From assembly GCA_903847205.1 (NCBI GenBank), contig CAINDA010000004.1, forward strand, positions 210 to 64,209: a stretch of 64,000 nucleotides of DNA. The letters are read 5' to 3'. The notes below the pieces were generated by a model. It saw only the letters and a list, made by a program, of their open reading frames with translations. It had not been told where the DNA came from and ran no database searches. Position numbers and translations under genes: made by a program. Each line of letters begins with the position of its first letter. Position 1 is the stretch's first letter. This DNA comes from an uncultured Bacteroidota bacterium (GTDB lineage: Bacteria; Bacteroidota; Bacteroidia; 2-12-FULL-35-15). Shown piece after piece: positions 54,806 through 63,176 of the stretch.

Positions 54806-56449
54806 ATGAAAAATACAATGAACGAAAAAAAAGCAGCCATACTTGCTTCAGATGGTTTTGAAAAATCAGAATTTGAGAAGCCATTGGAAGCCCTGATAAA
54901 TGAAGGGATTGTTGTAGATATAATTTCGATAAAAGAGGGAACAATTAAAGGATGGAAAACAAAAAACTGGGGAGACGAATTTAAAGTGGATAAACTTGCG
55001 GTAGCTGCATCGGCCACGGATTATGATATGCTGGTGTTGCCCGGAGGTGTTATTAATTCAGATTCCTTGAGGGTTAATGAATCCGCGGTAAAATTTGTTT
55101 TCGATTTTTTTGAACTGGGAAAACCCATTGCTGCTATCTGCCATTCCCCTTGGATATTAATTGAAACCGGCCGATTAAAAGGGAAACACCTGACTTCTTA
55201 TAGAACTCTTAAAACAGATTTGACAAACGCCGGTGCTGTATGGACTGATGAAGAAGTAGTGGTTGACAAAGGACTTATTACAAGCAGAAGTCCGAAAGAT
55301 CTGCCGGCGTTTTGTAAAAAAATAATAGAGGAAATTAAAAAGGACATTGATCCGGATGCGAAAAATAAATTTGGGAACCATTTGAAATCCATAGTAACAG
55401 CGATTTTTGGTTTTGCATTCCTGCTTTTTACTGCTTGCAATAACCAACACAATCAGAAGGCTGAAATACAAACCCCTTCTGCGCTGCAATCCGATAAGGA
55501 CTTGCTGAAAATGGCGCAGGTTTTTTTTCAGCCGCTTCCAATTCATGCCGAAAGTGCCGACAATACTATTACTCCTGAAAAAATAAAACTTGGCAGGTTA
55601 CTTTACTTCGATACTCGCCTCAGTAAAACTGGAAATAATAGCTGCAATTCATGTCACAACCTTGCCACTTATGGAGTTGATAATTTGCGGACTTCAAAAG
55701 GCGATGCAGGAAAGTTCGGAGATAGAAATTCACCCACATGTCTCAATGCCGCTTTTCATGTTGCGCAGTTTTGGGATGGAAGAGCAAAAGATGTGGAAGA
55801 GCAAGCAGGCGGCCCAATTCTAAATCCTGTGGAGATGGCAATTCCTTCAAAGGCTTTTTTAGAAAAGAGACTAAAAGGGGTAAAAGAATATGCAGGTTTA
55901 TTTAAAGCTGCATATCCCACTGACAAAGCCCCATTGACATATCTTAATATTCAGAAATCAATTGGGGCTTTTGAGCGCACGCTCGTTACTCCATCTCCTT
56001 TTGATAATTATTTGAGAAACGATTATGCAGCATTGGATGCTGACCAGAAGGCCGGACTTAAAACATTTATTGATATCGGCTGTATCCAATGCCATAATGG
56101 TGTTGCAATTGGAGGCTCTTCATTTCAAAAGTTCGGTGTTTATGGTGACTATCGAACATTTACCCATAGTACATCCAACGATGAAGGACGAAAAAATGTA
56201 ACCAAACAGGAAAGTGATAAAGATTTTTTTAAGGTGCCGTCCCTGCGAAATATTGCTAAAACCTTCCCGTATTTTCACGATGGAAGCGTCAGCGATTTAA
56301 AAGAAGCAGTTTTAATTATGGGTAAAGCTCAGTTGAATAAAGATTTGACGGAAGTTCAGGTAAAGGAAATAGCAGCGTTTCTGAATTCGCTTACAGGAAA
56401 ACTTCCGGAGGATGCAAAGAACCCAGCAGAAATTTTGGCGCAGAAATAA
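54806..56449 (+). CDS. fusion ORF: DJ-1/PfpI-family domain + internal lipoprotein-type signal/TM segment + di-heme cytochrome c peroxidase
   Basis: 547 aa. N-terminal AAILASDGFE...PIAAICHSPWIL (nucleophile-elbow Cys-His). Residues around 193-212 read LKSIVTAIFGFAFLLFTAC|NNQ. C-terminal CCP with CNSCHN, FWDGRA, CIQCHNG, FKVPSLRN, PYFHDGS. Confidence 0.8.
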   Translation: MKNTMNEKKAAILASDGFEKSEFEKPLEALINEGIVVDIISIKEGTIKGWKTKNWGDEFKVDKLAVAASATDYDMLVLPGGVINSDSLRVNESAVKFVFDFFELGKPIAAICHSPWILIETGRLKGKHLTSYRTLKTDLTNAGAVWTDEEVVVDKGLITSRSPKDLPAFCKKIIEEIKKDIDPDAKNKFGNHLKSIVTAIFGFAFLLFTACNNQHNQKAEIQTPSALQSDKDLLKMAQVFFQPLPIHAESADNTITPEKIKLGRLLYFDTRLSKTGNNSCNSCHNLATYGVDNLRTSKGDAGKFGDRNSPTCLNAAFHVAQFWDGRAKDVEEQAGGPILNPVEMAIPSKAFLEKRLKGVKEYAGLFKAAYPTDKAPLTYLNIQKSIGAFERTLVTPSPFDNYLRNDYAALDADQKAGLKTFIDIGCIQCHNGVAIGGSSFQKFGVYGDYRTFTHSTSNDEGRKNVTKQESDKDFFKVPSLRNIAKTFPYFHDGSVSDLKEAVLIMGKAQLNKDLTEVQVKEIAAFLNSLTGKLPEDAKNPAEILAQK

Positions 56450-56463
56450 TTCAAAAAAAGGTG

Positions 56464-58077
56464 ATGCCGAAACAACAATCCGGGAAAATAATTGAGGTGC
56501 TGATAGTTGGTGCAGGGCCTTCAGGGCTTATGATGGCCTGTCAGCTGGCGATTCGCGGTATCCATTTTCGTATCATTGATAAAAATGAACACCCTGTGAC
56601 TTATTCCGGCGCATTAATCGTTCATGCAAGAACTGTAGAAATTTTTAATCAGATGGGGCTCTCTGAAAAAGCAGTACAGGAATCAATTACAGCCAACGAC
56701 CTAAGCATCGTTTTTAATGGAAAAAAAACAGTTCGGATTTCTTTAAAAAATATTGGACAAGGTCTTACAAAATTTCCAAACCTATATCTGATTGAACAAT
56801 CAAAGACTGAACAATTATTAATTGATTTTATTTCAGCTCAGGGCTGTTCAATTGAAAGAAAAACAGAATTGAAAAGTTTTACTCAGGATGAAAGCGGTGT
56901 TACTTCAATTTTGAAACTTCCTGATGGAAAAGAAGAAACTATAAAAACAAACTACTTAATTGCTGCTGATGGCGGACATAGTACTGTTCGAGAACATTTA
57001 AAAATTCCATTTGCTGGTAAAGTGCATCCTGTTTCCTTATTTATTATTGATTGCAAAGCGGAACTTGATTTGCCGCCGGATGAAATGTGTTTTTCATTTT
57101 CAGATGATGCCACCTCAGGTTTTTTTCCTATGAAAGAGCGTAGAAGGCGTATAGATGGAGCAATTTCAAAGGAACTGGAAGGTAACGAACATATTACATT
57201 TGAAGACATAGAAAAAAAATTTGCAGAAAGACTTCGCATGAAAATCAAGTTATACAATCCTGAATGGTTTTCTGTAGCCCATGCTCAGCAGGGATATGCT
57301 TTATCCTATCAGCAAAATCGTTGTTTCCTTGTTGGAGATGCTGCTCATACTTTCACACCGGTTGGTGCACAAGGTATGAATACAGGGATACAGGATGCTT
57401 ATAATCTGGCCTGGAAACTTTCGTTTGTAATTCAGGGTAAAGCAAAGAGTACACTTCTGAATACCTATTCAGACGAAAGACAAAACATCGCCAAAAAATT
57501 AGTACGTTCAACCGGCAGAATATATAATCTGGTAACAAGTCAAAATAGTTTTACTAAAACCTTTCGTCTGCATGTGCTTCCATACCTAATGAAATGGATG
57601 CTGCCACTTATAGAAAAACAAAAATCTATCCGCCAGTTTTGTTTTAGCGCCATATCCGAAATTGGTATTAATTACCGGGACAGTCCATTATCACTCAACG
57701 CATCCTTTGGAAATTTCCCCGGCAATGCACCTCAGCCTGGCGATAGATTACCATTTCTGGTATTTAATGAAAATGATAAAGAAATAAATATTCAGGAGAA
57801 AATAAAAGGTACCGGCTTTACACTTTTAATTTTTACTAAGAATCCTCCCTCATTAGAGAATGGAGGAAGTACAGAAAAATATAAAAATGTTTTATCTCAT
57901 GAAACTATTCAATTTACAGCAAAAACAAAATTTCTGTTTGAGCATTTTGGTATCGAAAATAGCGGCTGTTATCTGATTCGGCCAGATATGTATATTGCCT
58001 ATCGTTCGGCAACATTGAATCCCAATTATTTGAACAATTATTTAGAACAGTTCCTGATGGTCACCAATAACAATTAA
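56464..58077 (+). CDS. FAD-dependent aromatic-ring monooxygenase (PheA/TfdB-like) with C-terminal thioredoxin-like domain
   Basis: VLIVGAGPSGLMMA (GxGxxG), LIAADGGHSTVR, FLVGDAAHTFTPVGAQGMNTGIQDAYNLAWKL. The track start at 56461 is GTG; ATG is at 56464. Confidence 0.85.
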   Translation: MPKQQSGKIIEVLIVGAGPSGLMMACQLAIRGIHFRIIDKNEHPVTYSGALIVHARTVEIFNQMGLSEKAVQESITANDLSIVFNGKKTVRISLKNIGQGLTKFPNLYLIEQSKTEQLLIDFISAQGCSIERKTELKSFTQDESGVTSILKLPDGKEETIKTNYLIAADGGHSTVREHLKIPFAGKVHPVSLFIIDCKAELDLPPDEMCFSFSDDATSGFFPMKERRRRIDGAISKELEGNEHITFEDIEKKFAERLRMKIKLYNPEWFSVAHAQQGYALSYQQNRCFLVGDAAHTFTPVGAQGMNTGIQDAYNLAWKLSFVIQGKAKSTLLNTYSDERQNIAKKLVRSTGRIYNLVTSQNSFTKTFRLHVLPYLMKWMLPLIEKQKSIRQFCFSAISEIGINYRDSPLSLNASFGNFPGNAPQPGDRLPFLVFNENDKEINIQEKIKGTGFTLLIFTKNPPSLENGGSTEKYKNVLSHETIQFTAKTKFLFEHFGIENSGCYLIRPDMYIAYRSATLNPNYLNNYLEQFLMVTNNN

Positions 58078-58094
58078 TCTTAAAATAACACAAG

Positions 58095-58556
58095 ATGAGA
58101 TCTTTTATATTTTGGCAGCGTTGGTTGTTTTACAGCAGTTTGTTATTTGCAGTATTTGGGATTGTTTTTGCTGTTTATGGCAATAACCCTTTTTTTATGC
58201 CTTATAATAAAGCGCTTGCCCGCATTTTCTGGGGAAGCGAAAATATACCCTCTGAAACAGAACCCTTCAGGGCCTTTATATGGGGGCCATTGGGCGCTAC
58301 TATAGCGTGCTGTTATATTTTACTGGCATTTATAGCACGGTTCCCTTTCAAGGAAAAAGAGCGCTGGGCAAGGAATGCAATTATGACTGCATTCGGAGTA
58401 TGGGTTATACTTGATTCGGCTGTCTGCTTACAGCATGGCGTGTATTTCCAGATTTATATTATTAACTTTTTTTCCATAATTGTAAAAGCACTTCCAATAA
58501 TATTTACATGGAAGGACTTTAATACTTCACAAAGTCTTAACAAAAAACTTCTTTAA
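58095..58556 (+). CDS. hypothetical integral membrane protein
   Basis: 153 aa with about four hydrophobic helices. Confidence 0.5.
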   Translation: MRSFIFWQRWLFYSSLLFAVFGIVFAVYGNNPFFMPYNKALARIFWGSENIPSETEPFRAFIWGPLGATIACCYILLAFIARFPFKEKERWARNAIMTAFGVWVILDSAVCLQHGVYFQIYIINFFSIIVKALPIIFTWKDFNTSQSLNKKLL

Positions 58557-58569
58557 TTTGATAATAGTT

Positions 58570-59490
58570 ATGCTGAAAAAAATCCTTTTAACACTTCTGT
58601 TTTTATTCATTGCCATCATCGCTGCATTTTTTATCTGGCGATATGTGAATTATGTGCGCGATAAGGATCCAGACAAAACATTTTTGGTACCACGCCTGGA
58701 GCTGTCCTTGATAGAAATATCTTCACTTACTTCTGAGAAAACAGAAATGACAGCTAAAATGATAATCAAAAATCAAATGCCGCTCTCGTTCACTGCTGAT
58801 AGTATGCAGTACAGAATTTTCATCAATGATGCAGAAGTAATGAAGAGCCGTTACAAAAAATCAATTACATTAAAAAGCGATGATAGCAGTTTGATTTCGC
58901 TGCCTATAACAATTTTCAACCACGATCTTATTTCAGTTTTAAAATCTAATGAGCGGAAAAATATTGATTCGGTTGAATATCGCCTGGAGGCATCCTTTTA
59001 TACTGATATAGTTTTTAGAAAAAAAATCAATGTGGATATCAAACGATTGCTCCCGATGATTTATATCCCTGTTGCAAAGGCTGAGCACATTAAAATTGAT
59101 TCACTAAATTTTTCAAGAGCTGCAATTCAACTTCTTGTTTCAATAAAAAATAAAAATGGATTTCCCATGAAATCAAAAAATATCGCTTATGAGTTTTCCA
59201 TTGAAGGCAATAAATGGATAAAAGGAATAATTCCGGGTATTACTGACATAAAAGAAAAAAGTGTTACCGAACTTCAAATTCCCGTTAGGATTTCTTTAAA
59301 AGAAGTTAGTAAGACATTATTTGATTTGCTGAAAAAAGGCAGTAATGTCAATTATAAACTTCGCCTTGCCTGCCGAATAGAATCGGAAAACAATATGGTG
59401 AGGAACGCTAAAGTAATTCTTGAAAACTCCGGTTCAGTAAACTCATTAATGAAGGATGCAAAAAAAATAAACAGAGATCTGCAGGAATAA
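58570..59490 (+). CDS. membrane-anchored protein with two LEA_2-like (water-stress/hypersensitive-response) beta-sandwich repeats
   Basis: The track starts at TTG 58558; ATG 58570 gives MLKKILLTLLFLFIAIIAAFFIW. Two internally similar halves (..MTAKMIIKNQMPLSFTADSMQYRIFINDAEV.. and ..IQLLVSIKNKNGFPMKSKNIAYEFSIEGNKW..). Confidence 0.45.
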   Translation: MLKKILLTLLFLFIAIIAAFFIWRYVNYVRDKDPDKTFLVPRLELSLIEISSLTSEKTEMTAKMIIKNQMPLSFTADSMQYRIFINDAEVMKSRYKKSITLKSDDSSLISLPITIFNHDLISVLKSNERKNIDSVEYRLEASFYTDIVFRKKINVDIKRLLPMIYIPVAKAEHIKIDSLNFSRAAIQLLVSIKNKNGFPMKSKNIAYEFSIEGNKWIKGIIPGITDIKEKSVTELQIPVRISLKEVSKTLFDLLKKGSNVNYKLRLACRIESENNMVRNAKVILENSGSVNSLMKDAKKINRDLQE

Positions 59491-59758
59491 CAAATTGCAT
59501 CATATAAAAAAAACAAAACAGATCTGATAAGTGAGGGAGAAGAATGGAGAGATGAGAAAGTGACGGCGGATATCCGTTATACCGGCAGAATATATAACCT
59601 GATGCAAGCCGGAATAGGATAAATAAAACATTACCTCCGGTGCCTTTAAAAAAATCCTTTTCGTTCTTTTATATAAAATCTATCCAAGGAAATTCTAATT
59701 TTTGCAGTATTCCATACTAACTGAAATCTCAAAAATAAACTTATAAAACAAAAAAAGA

Positions 59759-59778
59759 TTCCCGCAGATTGGCGGGAA
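59759..59778. terminator. bidirectional rho-independent terminator
   Basis: ttcccgc agattg gcgggaa, flanked by an A-run (5') and cctttttttg (3'). Confidence 0.65.
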
Positions 59779-59803
59779 CCTTTTTTTGTTTTTCTTTTAG
59801 TTT

Positions 59804-59907
59804 AACCTCACCCCCGGCCCCTCTCCTTGAAAAAAGGAGAGGGGAGACTATGGATTTATTTTTTTACTCCCTCTCCTTATTTTCAAGGAGAGGGCAGGGC
59901 TGAGGTT
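59804..59907. repeat. REP/MITE-like composite palindromic element abutting the stop codon of the T9SS gene
   Basis: Outer IR aacctca(59804-10)/tgaggtt(59901-07). Two inner hairpins with the same arms: cccctctcct..aggagagggg (59818-59844) and ccctctcctt..aaggagaggg (59869-59894). It generates the spurious ORF 59827..60018. Confidence 0.75.
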
Positions 59908-62900
59908 TTACTCCACCACAATCTTCCTATTCACCACATTTGTCATCCTGAGCTTGTCGAAGGATTCATCACTTATCTGCAGGAAATATATGCCGGGTTT
60001 CATTTCTTCTTTTTCTAATATTAATGTTCGGCCTTTAAAATCAATGCTTTTAATTTGTTTACCCAGCACATCCATTATTTTTATTGAAGTGTTTTTTTGT
60101 TCTTCATTAAAAGTAATTGTGGTTTGAGTGCTGAAAGGGTTGGGGGAAATGCTGAAACCTGCAGCAGAATTTAACTCCTGCACAGCAGAGATTCCAAAAT
60201 GTTTTAAATTAGAGCGTGATCCTCCGAAACTGGATCGGGTAGGGGTGCAGGAACCTGCAGTCATAACAGCTTCAACATAATATTGTGAATTGGGAAACGA
60301 AGCAAAGTTTACATCGGTATAACCAAACTGGTTGCCGGTTGTATTGCCGATGTCAACAAAATTGCCGGTTGAATTATCATCTCTATATATATGATAAGAG
60401 AATACAGGTGTGGTATTATTTTCTACCTGGTACTGCGTCCAGCTGAAGTTAGCGCCGGTGTTGGTTAAGTAAATAGTGTTGTGATAATCGCAGAGTGAAG
60501 ATACAGCGCTGTGATAATTTTTACTTTTTAATTTGTAGCGGTAGCCTGTTGATGCCGGGTTTGCGCCATGATCATCAAATACGCTTAATGAATCACTTGA
60601 TACCGCCCCTATGCGGGCATAGCTGTTGGTGCCTATTTCGCGGTAAATTTCTATGCTGTCGATGGCTGTCATATTCAAATTTGATTTTTCCCATATTACT
60701 AAATTATGTGTATTGGTATTATCTACTGTTACCATGCATATCGGCGGTGTTGGCGGAAGCGGGCCGGCTTGTATTGTTTCTGTATAGGTATTGGTACAGC
60801 TGTTAGCATCTGTTAAATTTATTGTATAAGTACCCGGACAAAGCCCCCCGACAGAATCTGTTGATGATAAAATTGTCTGTGATGCATTTAGCCATTGGTC
60901 TTGAATTGTTCCTGTACCTCCTGTTAATACTGCTTTTATTGAGCCGTCGCAGTATAGGCTAGAGCTTTCGTTTTGGGTTGAGAAAGTGGAAACAGGCCGA
61001 GGATAAATTGTTACAACAACAGGCTTAATATCCGAGCATCCGCCTGCAACAGTTACTTTTATATAATCTGTTCCGCTTGCTGAAATAGCATTTGCATTTA
61101 CATTTAATAATGAATCTGTTAATGGATGAGTTGCTCCTGCATCTGACCAATAACTTAATGTACCTCCTCCAGTACTTCCCGCGGTTATTGAAGCTGCTGT
61201 TAAATTGATTGTATTGGGAGAGCAAACAGCTGCAGGGTTAGTAATTGTTAATACTGGCGGTGCTTGATTGATTACAGTTATTATAGTGCTGTCTTTTGAA
61301 TGACAGCCGCTAACTGTAATGGTTGTAGTTACTGTATAAGTCGTTGTGTTACCAATTGAACAGATGGGATTGGAAACGGTTGAATCACTTAATCCGATTG
61401 CCGGACTCCAGGAATAAGAATTGCCTGCAGAAGGTGCCACACCAATGCTGCTTGCTATACCAGAACAAACGGTTAAATCATTTCCTGCATTCGAAATAGG
61501 TAATGGATTGACAGTAATTGTTTTTGATGCAGTATTTGTACATCCTCCAATTGATCCCGTTACTGTGTAAGTTGAAGTTGCTGAAGGGGTAAAAGCTGCC
61601 CCATCTGTAATTCCTCCCGACCAAGTATAAGAAGATGCGCCACCTCCAGCAAGAGTTACAGATGTTCCTGCGCAAACGGTTGAAGCGGTTGCATTGGCAG
61701 TTACTGTTACGGAATTAATTAATGTTACAAACACATTTACATTTACAACCGTAATTCCTGCAGGGGTGCCATTATCGGTGGCCGTAAATGTTATAACATT
61801 ATTACCTGCGTTTGCTGCGCTTGCAATTATTTTTACCTGAGTAGAAGCAGCGTTTCCTGAAACATTACTCAGCACACTTGCATTTGGGGTTCCATTAAGA
61901 TTTATGCTGACGGTAGTATTCTGTGCAATTTCCGGCGCTAAAAATGATCCGTTAAGGATTACTGAATCTCCTGAACCGCATATTCTAACAGTATCGCAAT
62001 TATTGAAGCCGTTTGCAATGGGGGGCATATTGGTATTTGTACAGGAATTAAAATAAAATGATTTATTATCTAACCAATCAACGCCATCATTTGCACCATA
62101 ACCGCCATCATAAGCTGTACCTGATTGATTAAAAAGTCCTAATTGAAAATAGTTTATACCATCACCTTTATTGATTCCAACTGTTGCCGGAATTCCCCCA
62201 AAACCGTTAATCCCATTTGATGCTTGGCCCGTAGTCCATTGCATATCACCATAGCAAAAGGCAATATTATTGCCTGATGGAAGTATAGGATCGCTGCCAT
62301 TTGTAATAATTAGTTGAAAGGTATTTAACTTATCAATATGATTAGCATAATAACCTACGCCAACCCAATTTATATATATAGCCGTTGGCGTAATTTTATA
62401 TTGAACTGTACCGCTTCCTCTTGTATCAACGTCAGCCCAGAATGGAGCAATCATTATATAACTTGAACTTGGAAAAGTACTTCCAGAAAATGTGGAATAA
62501 GAATTAACAAATGAAACATTGCCATTATTATTTATAAATAATGAAGTATAATTGGTGCCATATAAACAAAAATTGAAAGGGATTGTAAGATTACTGGTGC
62601 TGCCATCATCACAAGGAGGCAATGCAAGCGTATAAGTATTATCCGGCGGAATATAACAGCTGCAGCCACTGCTGGAAGCAGTTGAAGGAGCTCCTCCATT
62701 ATTTCTCATTTGATGAGTTATGCCTAATCTTTTAAAGTCTTCTAACGAAGGAGTGAATGACTGAGCATTTGGCATTGCTGAACCTCTTTGAAGTATTCCC
62801 TGCTGTTTTACATCTTCATATTCTTTGCTGTCAACAGCTGGAGTTGATGATTGAGAAAATCCTTTGATTATAGTAATCAGGATAATAATAAATGGGAGTA

Positions 62901-62913
62901 CCGCTTTTTTCAT
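59908..62913 (-). CDS. large T9SS-secreted surface protein: NIDO-like domain + Ig-like repeats + T9SS C-terminal sorting domain
   Basis: 1001 aa. Signal peptide. FNFCLYGTNYTSLFINNNGNVSF...IAPFWADVDTRG (nidogen-like domain signature). Repeated Cys-containing about 80-aa Ig-like modules. CTD ...ISPNPFSTQTTITFNEEQKNTSIKIMDVLGKQI...GIYFLQI. Confidence 0.8.
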   Translation of the reverse strand: MKKAVLPFIIILITIIKGFSQSSTPAVDSKEYEDVKQQGILQRGSAMPNAQSFTPSLEDFKRLGITHQMRNNGGAPSTASSSGCSCYIPPDNTYTLALPPCDDGSTSNLTIPFNFCLYGTNYTSLFINNNGNVSFVNSYSTFSGSTFPSSSYIMIAPFWADVDTRGSGTVQYKITPTAIYINWVGVGYYANHIDKLNTFQLIITNGSDPILPSGNNIAFCYGDMQWTTGQASNGINGFGGIPATVGINKGDGINYFQLGLFNQSGTAYDGGYGANDGVDWLDNKSFYFNSCTNTNMPPIANGFNNCDTVRICGSGDSVILNGSFLAPEIAQNTTVSINLNGTPNASVLSNVSGNAASTQVKIIASAANAGNNVITFTATDNGTPAGITVVNVNVFVTLINSVTVTANATASTVCAGTSVTLAGGGASSYTWSGGITDGAAFTPSATSTYTVTGSIGGCTNTASKTITVNPLPISNAGNDLTVCSGIASSIGVAPSAGNSYSWSPAIGLSDSTVSNPICSIGNTTTYTVTTTITVSGCHSKDSTIITVINQAPPVLTITNPAAVCSPNTINLTAASITAGSTGGGTLSYWSDAGATHPLTDSLLNVNANAISASGTDYIKVTVAGGCSDIKPVVVTIYPRPVSTFSTQNESSSLYCDGSIKAVLTGGTGTIQDQWLNASQTILSSTDSVGGLCPGTYTINLTDANSCTNTYTETIQAGPLPPTPPICMVTVDNTNTHNLVIWEKSNLNMTAIDSIEIYREIGTNSYARIGAVSSDSLSVFDDHGANPASTGYRYKLKSKNYHSAVSSLCDYHNTIYLTNTGANFSWTQYQVENNTTPVFSYHIYRDDNSTGNFVDIGNTTGNQFGYTDVNFASFPNSQYYVEAVMTAGSCTPTRSSFGGSRSNLKHFGISAVQELNSAAGFSISPNPFSTQTTITFNEEQKNTSIKIMDVLGKQIKSIDFKGRTLILEKEEMKPGIYFLQISDESFDKLRMTNVVNRKIVVE

Positions 62914-63176
62914 AAAACATATATTTTATCTGCCATCTCATTATCGGATTTCAGGCATGTTCCCCGTCTTAAAAAAATTATAATTCATCAAAGTTAGAAT
63001 AAACCGCATAAGTACAAGGAAAAAATACTCAGAAATCTGATTTTATTACCAGAAAATGCCATAAAAAAACAGACCGCCGGCAAAAGTATGACACGAATCA
63101 TTGTTTTTGATTTCTGAGCCCGATATTTTCGTCCGCAATTTAACCGATAATTTAACCAATTTAACCCTCAAAAAAC

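Noticed and set aside
59827-60018. 63-aa ORF (..GEGRAEVLLHH..PELVEGF..)
   Set aside because: It is the translation of the REP/MITE-like palindromic element and of the antisense strand of the T9SS gene end. Not a gene.
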